64,000 nucleotides of DNA from NCBI GenBank assembly GCA_047967505.1, contig CM106538.1; one strand, 5' to 3'. This DNA is from Dipteris shenzhenensis. Its lineage: Eukaryota. Within the stretch, counting starts at the first letter, position 1. The number at the start of each line of letters is the position of its first letter. A program made the translations under genes and the position numbers. Positions 50,870-60,805 of this stretch are shown here, piece after piece. The notes below the pieces were generated by a model. That model worked only from the letters and a program-made list of their open reading frames with translations. It made no database searches and had not been told where the DNA came from.

Positions 50870-50990
50870 TAGCGCGCCCTTTGCCTCAGCCCTTTGTGGC
50901 TTGTATGAGTTTTCCCCTTTGTCCCATAGGCCAGCGAGGTTTCCCGTGGACATTAATCTCTCTCTCTCTCTTTCTCTCTCTCTCTTTTCA
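50190..50990 (+). mobile_element. Two stacked RTE-X-like LINE 3' ends
   Basis: 50190-50865 is homologous to 878-1311 joined to 4299-4522; a second short tail spans about 50870-50990; hairpins at 50800 and 50921, each followed by TAAT(CT)n. Confidence 0.88.
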
Positions 50991-51894
50991 CACATACGTG
51001 CACACCCATACAATCATGCACACACACAAAGAAAATAGTGCACGGTGCACACACACGTACACATGATAAATGGTCAAATTAAGATGAGGGAAGAGAGAGA
51101 GAAAGGGAGGAATCCCCCAAATGGAAAAGATATGAGGGAGAACTAGCTAGTGTCCAAAACAGCCAGCCTGGGCTTCCAAGAGCCCCAAACTCTCCAATAG
51201 GGCACGGGCATATGGGCCTGCAATGTGCACAAAGGACAGGCCCAATAGTGGCCAAGAGGCATAGGAAGAAGAGATGTCTTTTGCCAGAATCCTCTACTAC
51301 GAGCTCCTCTTATGCCCCAAAATCTCTGCTGTGAAATAGTCTCCACCACTTGTTACTTTTCTGTCATGATCAAAACCCCTCTTCAAGTCATCAGTTCCAA
51401 TTATTCTGTCACTCCCTGCCCTGCTTCCTTTAACTTGATATTCTCAGATTTGCCAATCGCATACTGTAGGCTGCCCTCTTGTTTGCAATGTGCCAGTTTT
51501 CCCTTGTCCAGCCCCTCCCACTGCAGTCAATACGTAGTCTCTCATCAACTGGCCATGACTGCAAGCATCCACAACAAGAAGTGCCTCAAAGCTGTCGGGC
51601 ATTCTCTGCTCAAAACCCAGATGAAAGAACCAGTATCAACTTCAGTTTTCAATAATGTTGCTCTCATTCCCTAGCCTGATTGATCTAGAGATCAGCCAAT
51701 TGCTAGGCACATTGATCTGTTATAGAGCTGATGGACAGGACTAAACATGGCACATGGCTGAAATGTCAATATGTCAGTCTTTTATCCCAAGTCTTTTAGC
51801 CAAACGTTAGTGCCATGTGGCAGTGAGCGCCCCTCGCTCTTAAACATGATAAGCAAAAGTTTTTCTGGAATCTATGTAATCTTGTTGTACAAAC

Positions 51895-52056
51895 CTGTGT
51901 ATTGAGATTGTATGTGTAACAAGCCACAAAATTGTGAATATTCCTCATTATATCCAGCACGTCCACCCCTTGCTCTATCATTTGACCAGGCAGATGGATG
52001 TCATCAAGTTGCAATCCATACTTCTGCTCTGCAAGGTGCCTCATTTCACAATATGT
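51895..52056 (-). CDS. WASHC4: WASHC4 homolog exon
   Basis: TYCEMRHLAEQKYGLQLDDIHLPGQMIEQGVDVLDIMRNIHNFVACYTYNLNTQ matches WASHC4 (TYxEMRxLAxQxYGL...LEQGLDVLEIMRNIH...YNLNxQ); TTGCAG acceptor, CAG|GT donor. Confidence 0.95.
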
Positions 52057-52144
52057 CTGCAATAAATGACCCAAATTAGAAAGCATCTTTTTTAAAAAAC
52101 TTCAGGAACTTTAGGATTGTAAGAGGGATGATATCAGAACAAAC

Positions 52145-52288
52145 CTTCCAATTGTGAAGAGCCATTGCTGTATGATTATAGAAAGCTGCATTTAGATATG
52201 TTTCTACACGAGTCTTGATGTGAACAAATTTGGAAGGTAGCCTTAAAGGTTTGATAAAAAGAAACCAAGATAAATCACGAACCCCTGT
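52145..52288 (-). CDS. WASHC4: WASHC4 homolog exon
   Basis: TGVRDLSWFLFIKPLRLPSKFVHIKTRVETYLNAAFYNHTAMALHNWK matches the WASHC4 motif YLxxxFYNxTxxALHxW; AG/GT boundaries, 144 bp. Confidence 0.93.
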
Positions 52289-52407
52289 CTAATCGCAGGC
52301 CAACACAAATTTGCACATGTTAGAATGTAGCAGAATGGATTATACAGAACACTGAAAAGAGCTTAGCCCTCCATGTGAGATCAAAGCTAAGCTTCCCAAA
52401 CTAATAC

Positions 52408-52506
52408 CTTGGTAGGATTGACAGTTACTGAACCCTTTAAATGGGCTGAGTGAACATGCAAGCGAAGATCGGTTTCAATGTCTCTACAAAGCGGCTCAAT
52501 AATTTC
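52408..52506 (-). CDS. WASHC4: WASHC4 homolog exon
   Basis: EIIEPLCRDIETDLRLHVHSAHLKGSVTVNPTK matches the WASHC4 motif LCxxIExDLRLxVH; AG/GT boundaries, 99 bp. Confidence 0.92.
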
Positions 52507-52594
52507 CTAAAATCAATCAAAAGAAACAAATTAAGGGATGTGCTTGATTTCCATAAACAGATTGTAAGCACGTCTCCCAAAAACTTCATCTCAC

Positions 52595-52703
52595 CTTGGT
52601 AAGTGCAGCCTCAATCTCATCTTCGTAACGAGAAATAGTAATTTCTTCTCCATTCCCCCTCTTCAACAGCTTAACTCCATCACAAAAGGCATTCAAAACT
52701 AAC
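52595..52703 (-). CDS. WASHC4: WASHC4 homolog exon
   Basis: CCAG|G acceptor completes a phase-2 Gln codon. Encodes LVLNAFCDGVKLLKRGNGEEITISRYEDEIEAALTK; AAG|GTGAG donor. Confidence 0.85.
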
Positions 52704-52803
52704 CTGGCAGAATATTCAGGCACCAAAATCCAGTTTATGGGCTTGCTCAAAATGTTACCTTTTAGAAAACCTCAACAGACTTGAAGCCAGAGTTAAAGCT
52801 TAC

Positions 52804-53015
52804 TGTAATTGTAAAGCCCTTTCTGCCTGGCCATATATCATGGGAAACCATGTTAACATCATCTCCCTTCTCAGGTACAGAAAGCTGCAATCAGTGGAAG
52901 TTTCTACAAGGGTACTGATGTCTGCAGCGATATTTAATTCTGACAAGAAAGCAGTCATTCTTGTGCGAAATTCATCTTGAAGTCCAGGTTGCTGCGACCA
53001 AATGATTTTCAATGT
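52804..53015 (-). CDS. WASHC4: WASH complex subunit 4 (SWIP/KIAA1033) homolog, first exon visible in window
   Basis: Encodes TLKIIWSQQPG...LVETSTDCSFLYLRREMM...ERALQL, resembling the animal WASHC4 segment '...QTQCDCCFLYWHR...' as recalled. AG at 53017-53016 (acceptor position less certain); GTAAG donor after 52804 (phase 2). Confidence 0.8.
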
Positions 53016-54499
53016 CTAGATTAGAAGGAAGAACTTTTTACAAGACAATTTTTTCAAAATGACCCATAAAATGAGTCACACAGGAAGTAAACATTTGGTT
53101 TAGCATATTCTCAGACCTAAAATCAAAGGTGTGAAAGTACAGCATGGCCCTTCACTGCCAGTCAGCATTATACAGTATGGAAGACATACCCTCATCATTA
53201 GGATGTTATTACAGCAGCCAAAGTCCAGCAATGTTCAGAAAAACAGATGAACCAACTTTGTTCCATGGACGGACATAGAGTTTGTTTAAAAATGCAGCTT
53301 GTAGAATGCCTAGAGCTCCAAAAAGAATCTGACTAATTGTAATTTATTAGGGTTTGGACTGCCAAGCATCTCGTCTTCTTAAGTTGTAGTGTACATTGAG
53401 CCAGTTGTTTCAAACCTAAATGTTTAGTGTTTGGTATGTACATGTACCTTACCTTTACTTCCATATACTTGTACATGCAACAATAAACTATATAGCACAA
53501 TTCTGTGTATTTTCTTTTGAATTTAGAAGTAAAATATGTAAATCCTGACAAAACGTCAAAATTTTTCCCATAAAAGTTTCAAATCCAATGTTTCAAACAT
53601 TTATTTTTATTAGGGCATACAAAATAAGATTGATGCTAATAGCAAGGCCCCATGTCCTCTACTTCTATGTTTACCACACTGTTTGAATCACACATGTACA
53701 TGCAACAATAAACCAACACATCCCATAGCACTATAGCCCATCCTGAGGGTATATTCATTCTTCCCTCACTCAATTAGGCTACACAGGACATCAAGCTCCA
53801 CAACACTTGATGCCCAAATGATGAGGGCTATACTTCTTATGGTGCATTAGCCCCACATCTATTATATTAAATCTTCCAAGTGTGCCCTGTGTTGCCCCAT
53901 GGATGCCTATCTCCATTGCCAGTCCCAAGGGTCGTCTAGCTTATACCTATTCTTCCTAGGCTATACATCTCCCAAGTTAGATGCAAGCCATGGTTACGTA
54001 ACACTCACCTTAGCCTCCTACTCCTCCATGGTCTTCAAAGAATCTAAGCAGCTGTCAATCCACATCAAGGAGAGTCATAGTAATTCTAGTGGGAGGTAAG
54101 GCAGCGGACGTGGAGAAAAGATGATACACCCACATAGCTCTTATCTACTATGCAAAACAAAGCAAAGACCGTAAACAAAATACTTGAAGCATATTGCAAA
54201 GACCTGCTCATACAAGAAATAACCCATGCAAATCATTCATCCAAAAGCAGCAGTAAGTAGATAAGTATAGCAAGAAGTATATTTAAAAAGCACTAGTGAG
54301 GTACAAGTCTTTGAAAGTAAGACCTACACCAAAGGAATTGTGAAGATCACTCACCTATTGAGATTGCTATTTGGTTGGACATTAAAAGAACCCTGATTGT
54401 ATCTAAACTTGCTCAATTATCCTTTAACAGCGAAGAGAGCTCTTATTGAGCTAAGAAAGAGTTAGGGGCAGCATTCGCATCACGGTGTGACTTCATCTA

Positions 54500-56040
54500 G
54501 TGGTAGCCTAGTCTAGGCATGTGCATGTACCTGCTCAACTGGGAGACGGCATACTAAAGATCAAGCCGGGTATGACATAAATAAATAAGGCAGCCCACAG
54601 TCTGCTAATAAAGGGTGGCATCAAAGGGTGCACTCCCATCCTCGGAGGAGAAATGAAAAAGCCAGGCTCCAATGGTATAGAAACTGGCTTGCAATCTTCG
54701 AACCGGAAGCGGTCTAAGAGCTGTCCAATGTACTTGGACTGACTCATCATTATACCCCGGTCCCCCCCTTAACGTATTCAAACTGGATGCCCAAGTAATA
54801 GTGCATCCAGCTGATGTTTGTCATTGCAAATAATTTCTGCAAATCAGCTTTGAAATCTGCAATTTTGTCCATATCTGGACAAGTGACAAGCATGTCATCC
54901 ACAAAGAATGGAATTAAAAATTCTGCAGCACTTTTTTGGACATATAGAGTTGGTTTTTTATGGCTGTTCTGAAAGCCACAGGCTGGCAAATATGCATGTA
55001 CCTTGGCATACCATGCCCGGGGTACTTCCATAAAGGCCCTTTTTGAGCCGGCAAACCTAATGTTCAGAACCTTTTATCTCAAAGCCAAGAGGTTGAATGA
55101 CATGGACCTCTTCCTGTAAATCACCATGAAGGAAGGCGGTCTTAATGTCCAACTGATGCACCTCCCACTATCTATGACATGCAAGAGAAATGATGCACCG
55201 CATCGGCGTGATTCGTGAGGTGGGAGAAAAGGTCTCTTCCAAATCAATGCCATGTTGTTGTGCATAACCCTTTGCAACCAGACGAACTTTGAAGCGGTCA
55301 ACGCTGTCATCAGCTTTCCGTTTGACCTTGTAAACCCATTTTGTGCCTACAGCACACTTGCTTGCAGGCAAGTCACACAACTCCTAAGCGCCATTTGCAT
55401 GAAAGGGGACTCAAGTTCAGCATTCATAGCACCCATCCATTCTCTGCTGTCAAAAGCATCGTGGCTCTTCATTACAGGCACTCACAATGCCTTGCATCTG
55501 TTTGTGCAGGGCAAGTCTCAGCCTGCTTGCTTTCCCTGAGGGTATCAAAAAGCGAACAAGGGACTGATTTTCCACCGCTTGATAGCATGGCCATCTAGCG
55601 GTGGAAAATCACGCTAAGCAAAAGCAACAAGAGGAGGATTGGAGCTGTTAGAAGCATGAGGCATGGCGCTCTGCACTGTGTCATCTATATATGTGAAAGG
55701 CGGAATAGAATCAAACACATCAAAGGCTTCCACTGAAGGCTGTATTTTACACTCCAACCAAGGTACAAGGGCATGCTCAACAAAAACCACATCCCTACTG
55801 ACAATCAACTTGCCTGTGCTAGGCTTAAACAACTTGAAACCTTTGCTTTGTGAGCTCTAGCCAATGAAGATGCATTTGACAGCCTTATCATCAAGCTTAT
55901 ACCTCAATTGAGAGGTACATGCACATACGCGAGAGACACAAACACTCGCATGTGAGATGACAGGCTTAGAACCTATCCATGCTTCATAGGGAATCATGGT
56001 CTCAATGCCCGAGTGGGTGCTCGATTGAGCACATAGTTGG
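54500..56040 (-). pseudogene. Degenerate Ty1/copia IN-RT fragment
   Basis: KLDDKAVKCIFIG, IVSRDVVF, GTKWVYKVKRK...RLVAKGYAQ, PRAWY, FVDDML, SQSKY; many frameshifts. Confidence 0.85.
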
Positions 56041-56360
56041 CTCAATTATCCTCTCACAGCGAAGGGAGCTCTTGTTGAGCTAAGAAGGAAATCACAAGAG
56101 TTAGGGGCAGCATTCGAATCATTATGTGACTTCATTTAGTGGTAGCCTAGTCTAGGATTGTGCATGTACCTGCTCAACTAGGAGACGGCATACTGAAGAT
56201 CAGGCCGGGTATGACATAAATAAATAAGGCAGCCCACGGCCTGCTGATAAAGGGTGGCATCAAAGGGTACAATCCCATCCTTGGAGGAGAAATGAAATCA
56301 ATCTCATTGAAGATTCAATATGCGACTAGCATTGAGACAAATAAAAACAAGAGTACGACA

Positions 56361-58200
56361 CCCCCTCTCAAGTCCAAACTAGTACACTCTTGCCATATCA
56401 ATGAACTTCAGTGCTCCATGACAACTGGCATATAACAGCTCTCAAGGATCAATCAATTGTGTTAGGATTCGCGCACTGGCAATCTACTGACCCATCCGGA
56501 TCTCAAGCAGCATCAGACAATAGCTACAACTGAACACTAGGAGATCACCTTGGAATCTGCTAGGTCATAACATCCAAACAAAATATATATAGATAACATA
56601 CTACCACCTGAGTCAACAGGAACAACTCCTCGTGGCTCAAGGTCCTACCTGAAAGCCTGCCTCGATCTCAATGACTCCCTTCCCCTGGCACCTGATTGGC
56701 AGGTCCTACTGCCACAAACAAGCAAGCAATCCTCCACTTGGATCCAAAAAGCCTGCTGGTAGCACCTGCCTCGTGCTACTAGAAGGCTGGAGTATACATC
56801 ATTGCGGCGGTAACACTATTGGCCAACTGGTTATTATTGGGTCCCTCAATGTTCCTTGGGGGACACTGCCGCCAATAATGACCTTTCTGGCTACATCACT
56901 TACACATCGGGATGCCTTGAGTGCTTCTCGTCAACTGCTTTCTACCTTTCTGCTAAGCTGCTAAAGCCTCAGGCTGACTTTCATAGGTACAATCTACAAA
57001 GCGCTCCTCATGTTCAAGCAACATCGGCTCCCAGGTCAACTCATTCATCCTTCCACTTGAGATCAAGGACGAATAGAAGGCCCCATATTGAGAGGATAAC
57101 TAGGAAAATAGAGTTATGGCCATGTCCTCGGACGATATCTGCTTCCTTGCCTCGAGGATCCCCTGCTGAAATTCCTGTAACTTGCTGATGTTGTCCTGCA
57201 GTGGAGACTTCTTGGGATCCAATTGTGAGAAGTGCAGCGGAAATGAACGGAAGAGAGAGAGAGAGCACGCCTCATACACACACACTGAAAAGGAGAGAAA
57301 GGAGAGAGAAAGGCACAAGAGAACTGCAAGTGGTCTCTGGAGAAAACCCCACTACAACTCGGGGAAACTCTAAAACGACAGGCTGCTCAAGAAACCGCTC
57401 AACGACAAAGTGGAAGGGAGCACAAGGGACTGGATGAACTGCTCCACAAGTGCTAGACTGGGCTTGCTCTGCTCCTCTGCTAGGCTCTCAATGATGTGAT
57501 GAAATGAGCAAGTGGGGGGGGGGCTATAAATAGCCCCCAACCTCCTAGTCGGCCCGCAAGGGGCTGGGCCGACTTGCTGCCTCTCGCTATGTTTCCCATG
57601 GAAAGACCTCCTCTCTGATCTGAAAACACCCTTCAAAGTCACCCTTTGCTGGACACCCGAACAGTCCACTCCTCGCACACGTTCCTCCTCAAAGACACCT
57701 CCGAACAGCACCCTAAACGTCCTCTATGTGCTGGCTCAACACTCCCTCCGCTCCTCGGGTCTCAAGCAAACTGTGGCTCTGATATCATGTGGACCAGGCT
57801 GCCATAGCCTGCAGCCCTACAGGAGGCTGCCACAGTGCCACCCAGTCTGCCCTATGCCTCCAAGTTTGGGCAGACACATGGTGGCTAACCTACCCTAGCC
57901 TACCCTCATGGGGAGCAGCCACACCCACAACACAGGCCCTCACTCATCTACCCTAGCCTCACACTGGGCGGGCACACCCATAAGCAAGGCCCTCTCTCTC
58001 TAGGTGACATCAGGAGATGTTGGCCTCCAACATGCACATGCCGTGTATCCCTATTTGGTCGGGGCAGGGGTTTCCAACTAGGGGCTCTACTCAAGGGTGC
58101 GAAACTTCCATGAGACCTTCTAGGGTAGGGACATTATGGTCTAAACATAATCAACACCTTGAGAGGGGCCTCCCTATTGTACATCAGTACACTTAAATGA
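56361..58200 (-). mobile_element. Probable LTR-element remnant, no coding domain recognised
   Basis: PBS-like TGATATCAGAGCC (plus strand 57775-57787) next to TG at 57788; PPT-like TGAGAGGGGG near 56361-56370; no matching LTR pair found. Confidence 0.4.
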
Positions 58201-58249
58201 TTGTAGAGCAGACACAGAAGCCATACGGGTTTCCTGGGACAAGTGGAAT

Positions 58250-60510
58250 GCAAGTCCTGTTTTGCTCACACTTACAGTCATACATGCTGTGCCAGAAACT
58301 TATGTGCATGCCCGCTATTTATTGAGAATCTTCCACCGGCATACTACTTCTCTCTACAGTCATTGGATTATGCCAAGGCTCCACAGATAGAGCACAAATG
58401 TCACCATTTTTGGCACTATTTGAGGATCTGTAGGGTATGGACAATAAGGTGAGATGCAACGTGGGGGATTTAATGGTTGGATGGAGACTTAAGGCAAAGA
58501 TTTTGGACTTTCTCGGAGGATGCCAACTGCTCTCATTGGTAGATAGTGTGATGGCATTTAGGCACAAATCCAAGGACACATAAGGTCACACCTATTTCAC
58601 AGGCTATAGTAGTACTTGCTTTGACATGCGTGCGACCCAAGAGATGTATTGTACGAGGGTCCATAGAGATGGTCAGGGTCAAAGCACTGTACATTAAGCC
58701 CTCATGGGAGTGGCCAAGTGTCATTGGGGTCTCATGCTCTTACCTCATATTCTTGATCACAGTATCTAGTTATACCAGGTGCTGATCAATCACATAGATC
58801 CTCTCATCTAGCCCTTGGCTCACCCAACCCAGCCTCTACCCACCACTAATTGTTTGCTTACACTCATTATGACTTCAACCACTCCCTAGACCACATCTCC
58901 TGTAGTTATTGTCTATTTTTCTCAGAAATATAGACAATCAACCATCCTTGGATGCCAAAGCATAGCCTCTTACTCATTCACTTTGTAGCACAACACGCAT
59001 TCTCTTGCAAAGTCAGGTCTGGCTGTTACAATGATGAATGCAAGTGCTTTGTGACTCAAACAAGGGTGTCTAGACAAAGAATGAATTGGGAGAGAGTATC
59101 AGTTCTTTTGGAAGGCCTATGCTGAGACATTAAATGAGCCCACACTTGAAGTTATGGACACCCCTTGCCCAAGTAGTTTTTTACTCTTCTCCATTGCCTG
59201 GTTTAAGGAAGTCACTGAGAAACATTAGAATGACAACCTACAATCATGAGCAGCTTCAAACAAAGTTTTGACCATAGTTGGGAAGTACTTGCACTTATCC
59301 TAGCCAAGCTCTTTAATGAAGCTATGCTATATCCCAATCCACAAAGCAAGAAGCCCTATTTATGCAGGCGAGTAGTCGACCATTATGCTAGCTCTGGATG
59401 GTCCGTCTCCACTCCAAGAGGGAGAGTGAAAACAACCTCTATAAAAACTCATTGTACATAGTGAGAGTTCGATACTACTAAAATATACATGTGCCATAAA
59501 TCGACCCGCACGATCTGATGGATTTTCTATCATGTTCAACTAAGAGAAATTGCAAACCAAGGAGTATTGGTATAGTGGGAGGTGGTCAACAGACATGCCT
59601 TGAGAGTGAAACCATTACCATGGGAAATTTTCTCTGCTTCATTGAGACTGGATTTATGAGGAACCAGATTATTCATGGTCACCTGCTGTGACCATAGCCA
59701 TGGTCCAGCTTCAAGTATCATCCCATCAATTCCACATTGAGACACGATGGGAGGTTGAGGCCATACCACACCATTCCAAGGTGGGATTCCACACCTTATG
59801 CGAGATATAGGAGGTGGAATAGAGGAGCATATGCTCATGAGATGTCCTCCAATATTATGAGATCCGAGGTGGATACCACTGTATTGAGAGCAAAGGTTCC
59901 AAGACATGGGTGATCTAGATGTGCTACTCTTTAGGTTAGAAGTTAGAATAGTCATATAGTCATGCTACGCAAACTAGACAAGGGATATAGATAATCAAAG
60001 GGTCACAAATTTCTATTTGACATGAGAGGTGACCACAATGGCTAGATATTGTAGGGCACAAATGATGCCAAGCTAGCTTGAATACGGATGTAGCAAGTAT
60101 TTTGACCGATATACTATCCTTACTGCATCACAATGTTATGTAGCCTCTCAACTCTCACGGTGTGCGCTCCATGGAACATAATCAAGGGCAACAAAGGTAG
60201 ATCTCAAATATGTTCAAGAGGCATGAGACCTCCCATTGCGACCCTAGTCACGCTTCCATGCAACTTAGATTGCTCAGCACAAATTAGGGACATGACACAT
60301 CCATCCAATATGTGCACACAACACAAAGGAAACACTCCTGTCCTAATTTCCATCAGTTTTCACTTTTTCTTTAGATTACATATATTAGAGGTGTATGGGA
60401 CACCTCTAGTTCTTCTATAGGGACTGTTTCTTATCATGATGTGTTACAATTCTTTGGTCTCATAGGCCTTTTTCGCCTTTCTCATGTGTTTATAAACCTT
60501 TTTTTTTCTT
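58250..60510 (+). mobile_element. Ancient, highly eroded RTE-X-like LINE
   Basis: GDFN remnant near 58463; ALILAKLFNEA at about 59290 (matches about 49000); zinc-finger remnant near 59810-59880; GTCTCATAGGCC hairpin start at 60457. Confidence 0.6.
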
Positions 60511-60805
60511 TCTCTCTTTCTTGGAAAAACCAAGGTCATATATGATCTTCAACCATTCTTGGGCAGTCGTCCATTGAGAGTAGTCCACCTTCCTTCCGGC
60601 ACCGGTGGAGATTTTTGCATCTTGTACGTACTTGGGGATTCTCTTTTTAGGCTTAATCAAATAATCTCCCAAACGGAATCGATAGGACGGTAAGGTCTAT
60701 GCATAGATACTGGTTATGCATCATAAGTTGAGGGAGTTCTCTTAGAATCCAAATCGTTTTGGCTCATAGAGTCAAGTCCTCTTGTGTTTTGTGTGGGTTG
60801 TGGAG

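Larger units (their letters stand above)
21606..51894 (-). other. 30,289-bp phase-0 GT-AG intron of WASHC4, filled with nested retrotransposons
   Basis: Protein continuity YNLNTQ|VFFER across the gap; GT at 51894-51893 and AG at 21607-21606. Confidence 0.88.

Noticed and set aside
53190-53310. Possible additional upstream WASHC4 exon ending at a GTATGT donor
   Set aside because: Stop codons in all three frames over the span tested and no recognisable WASHC4 similarity.
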